DNA of 64,000 bases from Alphaproteobacteria bacterium (GCA_965228775.1 OZ245840.1:376941-440940), one strand, 5' to 3'. Positions 50,356 to 60,673 are shown, counted from the stretch's first letter. Notes: a model not told the origin generated them from the sequence alone. A program made the numbers and translations.

Positions 50356-52761
50356 ATGAAATTCAAGTGCTTCAACCAAAATACGCGATCCACGATCTGT
50401 GCCGTGGCGTCAGCAATCGCTATCGCAACCGTCACGCCTCTGGCCGTGGCACAAGAGTCGGAGCAGACGGCAATCGAGCTAAATATACCCGCGCAGCCAC
50501 TAGACGATGCGCTCGTCGCGCTTGCACAAGCAACAGGAACCCAGATCTTAGCGCCGGACAGCGTCGTTGCTGGTCACCAGGCACCCGACATTGCCGGAAC
50601 CTACACTTTGGATGAAGCACTCGAACTGCTGCTTGCCGAATCCGGACTTTTTGCGAACCGGTCCCGCAGCGGTGCCATAATTATCGCTCAGGAACCAAGC
50701 GAACAGACCACAGCCGCCAATGTCCGCGCTTCCGAAGGGGAGACTAACCTTGATGAAATCATTGTACTTGGAACGACACGGCTGCCCGAAGCCATAGAGG
50801 TCTTTCCGGGAACAGTGAGAGTTATCGGTCAACAGGATCTCGATAAGCTTTCAGCCGTCAACGCCGACCTGGGGTCTGTGCTCGGCAATTACATTCCAGG
50901 GTTCAGCCCTTCTGGAAGTCAAACATCCGGCAGCAACCTCGATCAGACATTGCGCGGACGCATCCCCTCAGTCTTCATAGACGGGGTGCCCATTACCACC
51001 ACCTTGCGCAATGGGCGTGTCGACATACGTTCTTTGCACCCATCGGTGATTGACCGTATCGAGATCGTAAGCGGATCAAGCACCCTCTACGGCAATGGCG
51101 GTGCGGGTGGAATCGTCAACTACATCACCGGGCACTCTCAATCGGAAAAAGGTGTGAGCTTCACCTCGCAAGTCGGGACGCGGGTTTCGCTCACCCATGC
51201 AGGCGATAGCCTTAACCCCTATGGTACGCAAACAGTTCAGGGCGATCTCGGCCTGGTGGATTTTATAGCCAGCGCTACCCTTGAAAAGACACAAGGTTTC
51301 TTTGATGCCGATGGAAAACGCATTGCGCCTAATCCGAACAGGCAACTTGGGTTGTCGGATTCCCTGTTTCAAAACTATTTCGGCAAGATCGGCTTTGAAC
51401 GCAACGGGCAGCGCTTGGAACTGACAGCACTTTACTATGACCAAGCGCAAGACACGGACTTTATAAACGGCGTCGGTAACATCGCTCAGCGCCAACCCAC
51501 CCCGGCGGTTCGGGGCGAAAACAGCCCAGACGAAGAAGACAATGGCAGCCAGAATATCCTGTTCAATGCGGTCTATACGAACAGTGATTTACTGCCTGCG
51601 ACGGCCCTTCGGGCGCAGGGCTATTCTCTCCAGGTAGAGAACACGTTCAGTTACAGCAATTTTTTCCCTGGAGGCGGACAGTCAGTCGTTAAATCCGACA
51701 AGTTCGGTGCCCGGCTCGATTTTGATACGGACCTGCAATTCCTGCTGCCCACCGGCGGACGGTTTCTCTATGGCTTCGATTACCTTAATGATTCAAGCGA
51801 GCAGCCGCTCCTTGATGGGCGGACATTCGTGCCGGACGTTAAACAAGAGAATTTTGCATTCTTCGGCCAGGCCGAACTTCCGGTGACCAACCGCTTCACC
51901 GTGTCCGGCGGCGTGCGCTACGAAGATTTTAACTTCAGCGTTGAATCTTTTCAGGCACTATTCAGCGGCGCAAACGTAACGGGTGGCACGTTCGGGTTTT
52001 CCGAACTGACGTATAATGTAGGCGGTTCCTACGAACTCATTGACGGCCTTCGGGCCTTTGCCGGTTTCTCACAAGGCGCGCCGGTTGCCGAAGTGGGCCG
52101 TGTACTGAGGTCCGCAACACAAGACATCGACATCTCAGCATTCAATCTTGCGCCCTCTATCACCGACAGCCTCGAATTCGGTATGCGCTATGCGGGCAAG
52201 CGCCTGCAAGCGGAAGTGGTCTACTATAGAAATGAGTCCTCGCTGGGATCGACCGTCACCCAAAACGCAGTCACCGGGGAGTTTATTGTTGTGCGGTTGC
52301 CGGAGGAAGTTCAGGGCGTTGAAGCCATCCTCGAATATCAGTTCACTCCCGAATTGCGCGCAGGCGGCAGCTTTTCATGGATCGAAGGCGAGCGCGACAC
52401 TGACAGCGATGGCAACACGGATACGCCACTATCGGGTCAGACAATTCCGCCGGAAAAACTTGCCGCTTTCGCAGAATACAATTGGGGAGAAAACTGGTTT
52501 GTACGCGGTCAGGTTTCTTATGTGGGCGGACGCAATGAATTTCCCGGCAGCGCCCGGTTCGGCGAAGGCGAAGTGAATTCGCGTATCCTTGCGGACCTGT
52601 TTGTTAAACGGGCGTCCCCAACCGGGACGCTACAAGTGGGCGTTCACAACCTCTTCAACTCGGACTATTTCACGCATACGTCGGAGATTATGCAGCTTAC
52701 GGATCGTTTCTCGAAGGCGCCCGGTGCAACGCTTTCGATCGAATACACTGTCGATTATTGA
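50356..52761 (+). CDS. TonB-dependent receptor of the transducer type (N-terminal STN signalling domain, plug, beta-barrel)
   Basis: ATG 50356 follows gggggaa. The signal peptide ends AVAQE. The STN domain is IELNIPAQPLDDALVALAQATGTQILAPDSVVAGHQAPDIAGTYTLDEALELLL. The plug region is EIIVLGT...IEIVSGSSTLYGNGGAGGIVNYIT. The C-terminal barrel ends in an aromatic residue (...EYTVDY). Confidence 0.93.
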   Translation: MKFKCFNQNTRSTICAVASAIAIATVTPLAVAQESEQTAIELNIPAQPLDDALVALAQATGTQILAPDSVVAGHQAPDIAGTYTLDEALELLLAESGLFANRSRSGAIIIAQEPSEQTTAANVRASEGETNLDEIIVLGTTRLPEAIEVFPGTVRVIGQQDLDKLSAVNADLGSVLGNYIPGFSPSGSQTSGSNLDQTLRGRIPSVFIDGVPITTTLRNGRVDIRSLHPSVIDRIEIVSGSSTLYGNGGAGGIVNYITGHSQSEKGVSFTSQVGTRVSLTHAGDSLNPYGTQTVQGDLGLVDFIASATLEKTQGFFDADGKRIAPNPNRQLGLSDSLFQNYFGKIGFERNGQRLELTALYYDQAQDTDFINGVGNIAQRQPTPAVRGENSPDEEDNGSQNILFNAVYTNSDLLPATALRAQGYSLQVENTFSYSNFFPGGGQSVVKSDKFGARLDFDTDLQFLLPTGGRFLYGFDYLNDSSEQPLLDGRTFVPDVKQENFAFFGQAELPVTNRFTVSGGVRYEDFNFSVESFQALFSGANVTGGTFGFSELTYNVGGSYELIDGLRAFAGFSQGAPVAEVGRVLRSATQDIDISAFNLAPSITDSLEFGMRYAGKRLQAEVVYYRNESSLGSTVTQNAVTGEFIVVRLPEEVQGVEAILEYQFTPELRAGGSFSWIEGERDTDSDGNTDTPLSGQTIPPEKLAAFAEYNWGENWFVRGQVSYVGGRNEFPGSARFGEGEVNSRILADLFVKRASPTGTLQVGVHNLFNSDYFTHTSEIMQLTDRFSKAPGATLSIEYTVDY

Positions 52762-52777
52762 TCTTGCGGTCGAATGA

Positions 52778-53896
52778 ATGGCCTTGCGTATCATCGCCTT
52801 GTTGCACTGCTGGGCAGGAGGGCTGATCGGACTTCTGTTGGCGGTATTGGGATTGTCGGGCGCGGTTCTTGTCTGGAAGGAAGACTGGCTGCGCCTGACC
52901 ATCCCCGTTGCGAGAACGCCTGCGGATGGCACCGGCGAGACCGTCGCCACCGCCATCCGGCGCATCATGGAGAGCGCGCCCGAAACGCCGAGATACATCG
53001 TCTCCCCTAAGGAAGATCTCGGGTTGTTCGTAATTGGCATGCAGAACGGCGCCGGGTTCTATGCGGACCGCACTGGCGAAATACTCACAAGCTGGGAATC
53101 GCCATGGGCCCGGGCTGAACTGTGGCTGTTCGACCTGCATCATCATCTGCTTCTGGGTGAGACCGGCGAGCTTGCCGCCGGCATCACAAGTCTCATTGGC
53201 ATTGGCTTTCTCGTGACGGGCATCATTCTCTGGCAGCGCACTTGGCGACGCTTTTCCCTGCGCGCCTGGCCGAAGCGTTTTAACCGGGGTGAAATCATCC
53301 GGCACCACCGCGACCTCGGAATTGTTGCAACGCCCCTGCTGTTTATCGCATTGGCAACCGGCGTGATGCTGACTTTGCGTCCCGTGGCGGTCTTAGCTGT
53401 TTCGCCCTGGAGTTCGCCTGCACAAATGCAGGCGGCTCTCGCACCGCCACAGGTCACGGGCGGCAGCGCCAGCGATATTGACTGGGAAGCGATCCTCACG
53501 GCGGCCCAAAACCGGTTTCCAAATGGCGAAATACGGCTGATCAGCCCTGTGGCGAAGAAGGGCGGCCTCATCACCATACGCGTGAAGCAGCCCTACGAAT
53601 GGCTACCCAACGGACGTACGCTCTTATGGTTCGATCCAGCGACCTCCGCACTCATCGAAGCGCGCGAAGCATCCGAACACCCAAGGGGTGTGCAAATCCT
53701 CAACACGATGTATCCGCTGCATGCGGCCAAAATCGGCGGCCTTACCTACAAGGCGGCCATGACACTCGCCGGTCTGGCGCTGACGATGCTGGGGTCTTTC
53801 ACTGTCTGCACATTCTGGCGCCGGCAGTCAAAGGTCATCCTTACAAAGAAGAAAAACAGCCAAGCAAGAAGCCATATTTCAGGAAAAACTCTCTAG
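52778..53896 (+). CDS. PepSY-associated TM-helix protein (PiuB-like, putative ferric-siderophore reductase/membrane partner)
   Basis: 372 aa. The pattern is typical: LHCWAGGLIGLLLAVLGLSGAVLVWKED..., LHHHLLLGETG, RHHRDLG, MYPLHAAKIGG, with 4 TMs. Confidence 0.78.
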   Translation: MALRIIALLHCWAGGLIGLLLAVLGLSGAVLVWKEDWLRLTIPVARTPADGTGETVATAIRRIMESAPETPRYIVSPKEDLGLFVIGMQNGAGFYADRTGEILTSWESPWARAELWLFDLHHHLLLGETGELAAGITSLIGIGFLVTGIILWQRTWRRFSLRAWPKRFNRGEIIRHHRDLGIVATPLLFIALATGVMLTLRPVAVLAVSPWSSPAQMQAALAPPQVTGGSASDIDWEAILTAAQNRFPNGEIRLISPVAKKGGLITIRVKQPYEWLPNGRTLLWFDPATSALIEAREASEHPRGVQILNTMYPLHAAKIGGLTYKAAMTLAGLALTMLGSFTVCTFWRRQSKVILTKKKNSQARSHISGKTL

Positions 53897-54357
53897 GCTT
53901 TTTGTTCCCATTTGCCGCCGGCACTTTGCTGCCAATAGGTGACCTCATGGCCGGCAGCTTTCGCTTTGGACCAATCTTCTCGGGCCGCCGCCACCGCAGC
54001 ATCCAAATTACCGTCGAAGACAAAGATGCAGCGGTCACGTTCGGTGATATCCGGCGACTGCCAGTCATTAGGGCGCGCGCCATCCACAAAGAAAACCAGG
54101 TTCGCGCCATTCTGTACCGAAAGCTCCGTCCCAATCAGCACTGGATGATCGGGCGATTGCATTTCCCCCGTCCGGCCGTGAGGCAGAAAAGACTCGTCAC
54201 GAAACGTCCAGAGAAAACTGTCGATCATTTCCGCGCGCTCATCCGAGCCCGCCACGATCAACGCCCGCCATCCCCGCTCAAGCGTCTTCTCAAGCAACCC
54301 AGGCAGGATGCCTTCCAAGTTCGCCCGTTCTAGATGGTAAAACCAAACGTCGGTCAT
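53893..54357 (-). CDS. holC: DNA polymerase III subunit chi
   Basis: 154 aa. MTDVWFYHLERANLEGILPGLLEKTLERGWRALIV...FLWTFRDESFLPHG. It lies immediately downstream of pepA, as in many Proteobacteria. Confidence 0.9.
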   Translation of the reverse strand: MTDVWFYHLERANLEGILPGLLEKTLERGWRALIVAGSDERAEMIDSFLWTFRDESFLPHGRTGEMQSPDHPVLIGTELSVQNGANLVFFVDGARPNDWQSPDITERDRCIFVFDGNLDAAVAAAREDWSKAKAAGHEVTYWQQSAGGKWEQKA

Positions 54358-54378
54358 GGTCTCGTGTTAGAGGCGGCC

Positions 54379-55884
54379 TTACTTCCTGCGGCCTTCATAA
54401 TGGTCCGCCACCATCCGGTCGAGCAACCGGACGCCAAAACCAGTTGCCCCTTTGGGGCAGACAGGCTTGTCTGCCTTCGTCCAAGCGGTACCGGCAATGT
54501 CCAAATGCGCCCAAGGCACGCCATTGGTAAATCGCTTCAAGAACTGAGCCGCTGTGATCGACCCGGCCCCCCGTCCATCGCTAATGTTCTGCATGTCGGC
54601 AATCTGCGAATTGATGGTGCGGTCATAAGTATCTTCGAGGGGGAAACGCCAAACGGTTTCGTCCACTTTATTGCCTGCCTCAAAAATGTGGTCAGCCAAC
54701 TCATCGTCGCTGGCGAACAGTCCTGCCTTGTGCGTGCCCAGAGCCATGATGATCGCACCTGTAAGCGTGGCCAGATCGACCATGAATTTCGGCTTGAAGC
54801 GTTCTTGGCAAAACCATAAAGCGTCCGCGAGCACCAGGCGCCCTTCGGCGTCGGTGTTCAGCACTTCGATGGTCTGCCCGGACATGGACGTAACAACGTC
54901 ACCCGGACGTTGCGCCGTGCCATCGGGCATATTCTCCACCAAGCCGATGATACCGATCACATTGGCTTTCGCCTTACGGGCGGCAAGGGCATGCATGAGC
55001 CCCGTAACGGTCCCTGCACCACCCATGTCATATTTCATTTCACCCATGCCGGCAGAGGGTTTCAGCGAAATCCCGCCAGTGTCGAAGGTAACGCCCTTAC
55101 CAATGAAAGCGATCGGCTGAGCTTTTTTGTTCGACGCACCAAGCCACTGCATGACAACCAGCTGGCTCTCATGCTGGCTGCCACGGCCAACGCCGAGCAA
55201 AGACCCCATGCCCAGCTTTTCCATTTGCTTCTCACCGATTATGTCGACCTTTACGCCAAGGTCGGTGAGCGTCTTCGCCCGTTTGGCAAATTCCTTCGGG
55301 TACAGAATATTGGCCGGTTCCGACACCAGATCACGTGCGAAGAATACGCCATCGGCAACCGCGTTACGGTCTTTCCACTTTGAGCGGGCCTTCGCCAACA
55401 CCGACGTCATAATCGTCAGCTTAGAGAGCTTCGGTTTCTTGCTCGCGCTCGCTTTGCTGCGATAGACATCAAAGCTGTAGCTGCGAAGTTTCGCCCCCTC
55501 AGCGACACCAGCCGCGAAATCTTCGGCTGCGGTTTTCGTTTTGGATGGCACGTCAGCCGCCACGGCTGCCGTTTTGATGCCGCTCGCATTAAGCCGTGCC
55601 ATAATCCGTCCACCGAGCGCCCGAACCTCTTTCTCTCCGATTTTGGCGGCATCCCCTACGCCCATCAGCCAGATCCGATCCGCTGTGAACCCAGTTGGCG
55701 CCAAGACCTCCAATACATCTCCGGATTCCCCGGAAAAACCCGCTGCCTTTGCGGCCTTGGAGAGGCTTCCCCCCGCCTTCTTGTCCCATTGTGCACAAAT
55801 TCCGGAAAGTCTGGCGCCCGCAGCCGCCGGCGCAATAAGGACGTTAACTTTTGGAAACCCGAGGGCTGAAAGGGTGATGTTCAT
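54379..55884 (-). CDS. pepA: leucyl aminopeptidase (M17)
   Basis: 501 aa. VGKGVTFDTGGISLKP, the NTDAEGRLVLAD signature, GATGFGVR. Confidence 0.97.
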   Translation of the reverse strand: MNITLSALGFPKVNVLIAPAAAGARLSGICAQWDKKAGGSLSKAAKAAGFSGESGDVLEVLAPTGFTADRIWLMGVGDAAKIGEKEVRALGGRIMARLNASGIKTAAVAADVPSKTKTAAEDFAAGVAEGAKLRSYSFDVYRSKASASKKPKLSKLTIMTSVLAKARSKWKDRNAVADGVFFARDLVSEPANILYPKEFAKRAKTLTDLGVKVDIIGEKQMEKLGMGSLLGVGRGSQHESQLVVMQWLGASNKKAQPIAFIGKGVTFDTGGISLKPSAGMGEMKYDMGGAGTVTGLMHALAARKAKANVIGIIGLVENMPDGTAQRPGDVVTSMSGQTIEVLNTDAEGRLVLADALWFCQERFKPKFMVDLATLTGAIIMALGTHKAGLFASDDELADHIFEAGNKVDETVWRFPLEDTYDRTINSQIADMQNISDGRGAGSITAAQFLKRFTNGVPWAHLDIAGTAWTKADKPVCPKGATGFGVRLLDRMVADHYEGRRK

Positions 55885-56170
55885 GTGAGGGGCAACTCCT
55901 GGCTCCGTGGATGGATCGTGACCATTCCCGTCTTGTTGATAATCTGATCGGCGGTTAGGATGAGATTTCTAGAAGGGACTTAGCAGTTCAATTTTTGCTT
56001 CCCCGACAAGCGTCGAAAGTCTGCCGGGCGTCTCAATCGTTAACGCCCTTTTTGACCACGCCGCCTCGGTACGAAGCTGAAAAATGAGGCATAGCATATA
56101 GTCATAGTCCGTCCAAATGGGCGGTCTATGAAAACACTCATAGAAATTTTTGGCGGTCCAGCCAGCGGTT

Positions 56171-57322
56171 ATGAACAGTTTAGGGTACTACGTCTTTCGT
56201 CAAATCACGGGTCCGCTCATCTTCTTTACATGCGCGCTCACAGCGCTTGTTTGGCTGACCCAATCTCTGAGGCTGCTGGATGTGGTTATCCAGCAGGGAC
56301 AAAGCGCAGGCACGTTCATCGAGCTGTCTGTTTTGGTCATGCCCAGCCTTCTGGGCATCATCCTGCCTGTTTCATTTTTCTGTGCCGCGATCTATTCGCT
56401 AAACCGGCTCCATACCGACAGTGAGCTTGTGGTCATGTGGTCCGCCGGCATGGGACGATGGGGCATCGCCAAGCCGGTCATCTTCTTGAGTGTTTTGGTT
56501 GCGCTGATTGTCCTTGCCGTGAATTTGTATTTCATGCCGGCCGGCATGCGCGCCATGAAAGATCGTGTTTTCGAAATTCGCGCCGACCTGGTCGCTTTCA
56601 TGCTTCGTGAAGGACAGTTTACGAACCCGATCAAGGGTCTCACAGTCTATGTCCGCGAAATGAACTCCACCGGGGAGATCAAAGGTCTGCTCGTCCATGA
56701 CGACCGGAAACCCGAAGAACCGATCACCTATTTGGCAGAGCGGGGCGCCGTTGCCCAAACACAGGACGGGCCTCGTCTTCTGATGATCAACGGCAATGTC
56801 CAGCGTACGTCTCAAGATAATGACAATCAGATCGCATTTCTGCGCTTCGATCGTTATGTACTCGACCTCGACCAGTTTACGGAGGAAGTGGGCGTCCACA
56901 CGCGGGAGACCAGCGAACGATTCTTGCACGAGCTATTTTATCCGGACCCAAACCATCCCTGGGACGCGACGTATTGGGACCGTCTGATCGCAGAAGGGCA
57001 TAACCGGCTTTCGTCACCTCTATATGCGATCGCCTTCGCGATGATTGCCCTTGCCGCCCTGATCGGCGGTGACTTTTCACGGCGCGGCTACGCCAACCGA
57101 ATAAGTCTGGCCGTGCTCTTCGCTGTCGGCATTCGTATGGGTGGAATTGGTGTTCAGAGTGCCGCCGTGAAGTTACCGATTGTCAACTTGGCTCAATACG
57201 CGATCCCTCTTCTGGCGATCGCTGTCTGCGCCATCGTCATTGAGCGCGGGCGGGTACCATTTTTGCGGCAACCATTGCGCACATCAGAAACTCCTGTTCC
57301 GGCCACTCCAAATCTAGACTAG
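56171..57322 (+). CDS. lptF: LPS export ABC transporter permease LptF
   Basis: MNSLGYYVFRQITGPLIFFTCALTALVWLTQSLRLLD... This is the YjgP/YjgQ permease fold, with a periplasmic beta-jellyroll insert between TM3 and TM4. The track start is TTG 56150. Confidence 0.9.
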   Translation: MNSLGYYVFRQITGPLIFFTCALTALVWLTQSLRLLDVVIQQGQSAGTFIELSVLVMPSLLGIILPVSFFCAAIYSLNRLHTDSELVVMWSAGMGRWGIAKPVIFLSVLVALIVLAVNLYFMPAGMRAMKDRVFEIRADLVAFMLREGQFTNPIKGLTVYVREMNSTGEIKGLLVHDDRKPEEPITYLAERGAVAQTQDGPRLLMINGNVQRTSQDNDNQIAFLRFDRYVLDLDQFTEEVGVHTRETSERFLHELFYPDPNHPWDATYWDRLIAEGHNRLSSPLYAIAFAMIALAALIGGDFSRRGYANRISLAVLFAVGIRMGGIGVQSAAVKLPIVNLAQYAIPLLAIAVCAIVIERGRVPFLRQPLRTSETPVPATPNLD

Positions 57323-57325
57323 ACG

Positions 57326-58426
57326 ATGCGCTTTTCTTGGACACTTTCACGGTACATTGGCGTTCAATTCCTGATTGGAATTGGGATTGTCTTTGGCGCG
57401 TGCTTGTGTCTGATTTTCTTGGTTGACCTGGTCCAGTTGCTGCAACGCGCTTCAAGCCGCGGTCCCGTGCCGTTCGGCACTCTTGCGACGATGGCATTCT
57501 ACAAACTGCCGAACATCTCCGAAGTCGCCCTTCCCTTTGCTGTCCTGTTTGGCGCCATCTGGACTTTTATACGGCTCAGTCGCAGCCATGAATTAGTAGT
57601 CGCGCGGGCGACCGGTGTCTCCGTGTGGCAATTCCTGACACCAGCGATCTTCATCACCATGGTAGGCGGTATCTTCGTTGTGACCGTCTACAATCCGATT
57701 GCCGCATCCTTGATATCGCGCTTTGAACAGCTTGAATCTCGGCACATGCGCGGGCAGTCGAGTTCGCTCACCGTTTCCTCGTCCGGTCTTTGGCTTCGCC
57801 AAGGAGACGAAATCGGACAATCCGTCATTCATGCCCTTAAAGTCGACGGTGAAGGCATGGTCCTCGAAGACGTAACCTTTATGTTCTATGAGGGCGCCGA
57901 CAAGTTCCGGGCCCGCATTGATGCCGAATCAGCCGAGCTCAAAGATGGCTATTGGGACATACGTAACGCCCGCCTCAACGTCCTAGACCCATTTCCTGAG
58001 AATAGTTTTCATGAACGTTATAGCGTCACAACGTCGCTGACGCAGGAACGTATCCAGGACAGTTTTGCCTCGCCCCAGACCATGTCTTTTTGGCAATTGC
58101 CGCAATTCATTACTCTGGCGGAAGAAGCAGGCTTCTCGGCCACAGCGCACCGGCTGCATTGGCACAGCATCCTTGCCACCCCATTTTTGCTCTCCGCGAT
58201 GATCCTTCTGGCCGCCACATTCTCGATGCGGGTCTACCGCCTTGGCGGCATGGCCAAACTCGCCGGCGCTGGCGTTATGGCCGGATTTGCGCTTTATTTC
58301 TTGTCGGACGTATCGTCGGCATTGGGGCTTTCGGGCCACCTGCCGATCATTCTCGCCGCTTGGAGTCCAACAATCGTTGCAATGTTGCTGGGGGTTGCAA
58401 CGCTCCTTCATTTGGAGGACGGTTAG
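57326..58426 (+). CDS. lptG: LPS export ABC transporter permease LptG
   Basis: 366 aa. MRFSWTLSRYIGVQFLIGIGIVFGA... It is a paralogue of the preceding gene and starts 3 nt after the lptF stop. Confidence 0.9.
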   Translation: MRFSWTLSRYIGVQFLIGIGIVFGACLCLIFLVDLVQLLQRASSRGPVPFGTLATMAFYKLPNISEVALPFAVLFGAIWTFIRLSRSHELVVARATGVSVWQFLTPAIFITMVGGIFVVTVYNPIAASLISRFEQLESRHMRGQSSSLTVSSSGLWLRQGDEIGQSVIHALKVDGEGMVLEDVTFMFYEGADKFRARIDAESAELKDGYWDIRNARLNVLDPFPENSFHERYSVTTSLTQERIQDSFASPQTMSFWQLPQFITLAEEAGFSATAHRLHWHSILATPFLLSAMILLAATFSMRVYRLGGMAKLAGAGVMAGFALYFLSDVSSALGLSGHLPIILAAWSPTIVAMLLGVATLLHLEDG

Positions 58427-58432
58427 CGGGGT

Positions 58433-60673
58433 TTGTTGGGGTTCAAAATTATTAACGCGCTAAAAAAAGAACGTTCCGTCCTGTTAGAAGAACGTCGGCT
58501 CTCTGGGTGGCTTTACAACATTGCGACCGCGATGGTGATTGCCACGCTGTATACGGGCGCGACACCGGTCGCTCACGCTCAATTTTCGGAACTGGTTGGC
58601 GGAGACGAGGACGGAGAAGAAGGCAATGACATCGCTTTCCTCCAAGCCGACACCCTCACCTATGACAGATCCAACAACCTGGTGATTGCCGAAGGCAATG
58701 TGGAAGTTGCCTATGGCACGCGGGTCCTTTTCGCCGACCGGCTAACCTACAATCAGGACACGGACATCATCAAGGCGGAAGGCAATATCGCCATCCTGGA
58801 GGAATCTGGGCAAGTCACCTTTGCGGACAGCGCCGAACTTACCGGCGATCTTAAGGAAGGCGTCGTTGAGAACATCCAAATGCTGCTTGAGGATGACTCT
58901 AAGTTCGCGGCGAACCGGGCCACCCGCATTCGGGACCGGCTGTCTGTTCTGAACAAAGCCGTCTTTAGCCCATGTAAAGTGTGTGAGGACGATAAGCGCC
59001 CTCCTCTATGGCAGATCAAGGCCTATCGGGTCATTCACGACCAAGAGATCAAAGAGATCCGATATCAGGATGCGGTCTTCGAAGTCTTCGGTGTCCCTGT
59101 GGGATACTTCCCTTACTTCAGCCATCCGGATCCGACGGTGAAACGCAAGTCCGGCTTTCTCACCCCATCGATTGGGAATTCGTCCGACTTAGGCACATTA
59201 TTTGAAATTCCATACTATTTCGCCCTTTCGGATCACTACGACGCCACGTTCACGCCGCTCTTTACGACAGACGAAGGTGTCCTTCTGCAGGGCGAGTTCC
59301 GCCAGAAAACACGGCGCGGCCAATACACTGTCGAGGGCAGCATCACGCGCGCAGACGAATTGAACGATCTCGGCGTGAAAACGGGTGAGACAGACATCCG
59401 CGGTCATATTTTTGCGAGCGGTAAATTCAGGCTCAGCCCGAAATGGACAACAAAGTTCGCCTTAGAGCAGACCACGGATGATACGTTTCTTGAACGGTAT
59501 GACATTTCCGAAGAAGACAGACTCGAAAGCCGTCTGAATTTCACGCGCGTCGATGATAGAAACCTTCTCACTCTGGACTCCTTCGCATTTCGCGATCTGA
59601 GATTCGAAACGCAACCGGGACAAACCCCAATCGTCGTCCCCTTGGTTGACTACAATCATGTCTTCGACGAGCTGGTCGCCGGCGGTCAGATCAAAATGAA
59701 CGGCAACCTATTGAACTTCTTCCGCTCGGACGGGACCGACGTGACCCGCCTGTCCGGGACAGCCAGTTGGGATCGCATCGAGACCAACAAATTCGGTCAG
59801 GTCCTAAACTACTTTGCGAGCGTGCGCTCCGATGGCTACTTCATCAAGGACTTTGATGTCCAAATTGATGGCGAAAACCGTGACACAATCGGCCGTGTCT
59901 TGCCGCAGGTAGGTCTGGATGTTCGATGGCCGTTTGCTCGGACCGCTTGGTCCACATTCCAGACAATCGAGCCGATCGTCCAGGTGATCTACGCACCGGT
60001 TGGCGGTAACCCGAGCGAGATCCCCAACGAAGACAGTTTGAGCTTCGAATTTGACGACACCAACCTGTTCAGCCGGAACCGTTTCCCAGGTTTCGACCAA
60101 TACGAAGATGGATCACGGATTAATTATGGCATTCGCGGATCCATTCATGGATCCAAGCTCGGATTCGCCGAGTTCCTAATCGGCCAAAGCTACAGATTCG
60201 TCGACAACTCTACATTCGCGGTCGGCACCGGCCTTGATGACAAGCAATCGGACTTTGTTGGCCGCGTTATCCTCTCCCCCAACCCACATATAAACATCGT
60301 GAACCGGTTCCGGTTCGACCGGCGGGATCTCAGCCTCGACCGCAACGAACTTCAATTGAGCTGGCAATATTGGCGGCTAAATGGCGGTATCACATACACC
60401 CGCCTCGCGGAGGAAGCGACCGATGAGTCTCTCATCGAACGGGAAGAGGTGTCGCTGGTCGCGGGGGTCGATGTGACCAGAAACTGGCGCCTCTTTGGAT
60501 CATATCGTCGTGATCTGGAAGCCAACCGGAATATCCGATCTGATATCGGGGTCCAGTATGAGGACGAATGCACCCTCTTACAGGTCACTTTCCGGCGGGA
60601 TTTCACCGAAGACCGGGACGTATCGGCTGACAGCACGGTCTTTTTCACCATCCGGCTCAAGAATCTCGGCTAA
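58433..60673 (+). CDS. lptD: LPS-assembly outer-membrane protein LptD
   Basis: 746 aa. The N-terminal OstA/LptA-like domain is FLQADTLTYDRSNNLVIAEGNVEVAYGTRVLFADRLTYNQDTDIIKAEGN. It has a CxxC (SPCKVCED) and a large C-terminal barrel. The exact start is uncertain. Confidence 0.92.
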   Translation: MLGFKIINALKKERSVLLEERRLSGWLYNIATAMVIATLYTGATPVAHAQFSELVGGDEDGEEGNDIAFLQADTLTYDRSNNLVIAEGNVEVAYGTRVLFADRLTYNQDTDIIKAEGNIAILEESGQVTFADSAELTGDLKEGVVENIQMLLEDDSKFAANRATRIRDRLSVLNKAVFSPCKVCEDDKRPPLWQIKAYRVIHDQEIKEIRYQDAVFEVFGVPVGYFPYFSHPDPTVKRKSGFLTPSIGNSSDLGTLFEIPYYFALSDHYDATFTPLFTTDEGVLLQGEFRQKTRRGQYTVEGSITRADELNDLGVKTGETDIRGHIFASGKFRLSPKWTTKFALEQTTDDTFLERYDISEEDRLESRLNFTRVDDRNLLTLDSFAFRDLRFETQPGQTPIVVPLVDYNHVFDELVAGGQIKMNGNLLNFFRSDGTDVTRLSGTASWDRIETNKFGQVLNYFASVRSDGYFIKDFDVQIDGENRDTIGRVLPQVGLDVRWPFARTAWSTFQTIEPIVQVIYAPVGGNPSEIPNEDSLSFEFDDTNLFSRNRFPGFDQYEDGSRINYGIRGSIHGSKLGFAEFLIGQSYRFVDNSTFAVGTGLDDKQSDFVGRVILSPNPHINIVNRFRFDRRDLSLDRNELQLSWQYWRLNGGITYTRLAEEATDESLIEREEVSLVAGVDVTRNWRLFGSYRRDLEANRNIRSDIGVQYEDECTLLQVTFRRDFTEDRDVSADSTVFFTIRLKNLG

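Noticed and set aside
53628-53637. tRNA T-loop-like GGTTCGATCC
   Set aside because: It lies inside the PepSY-TM coding frame with no acceptor or anticodon stems around it. I saw no tRNA-like cloverleaf in any intergenic region.
53599-54333. 244-aa plus-strand ORF
   Set aside because: It overlaps the 3' end of the PepSY gene in another frame and is antisense to holC. Its Arg/Pro-rich composition carries no motif.
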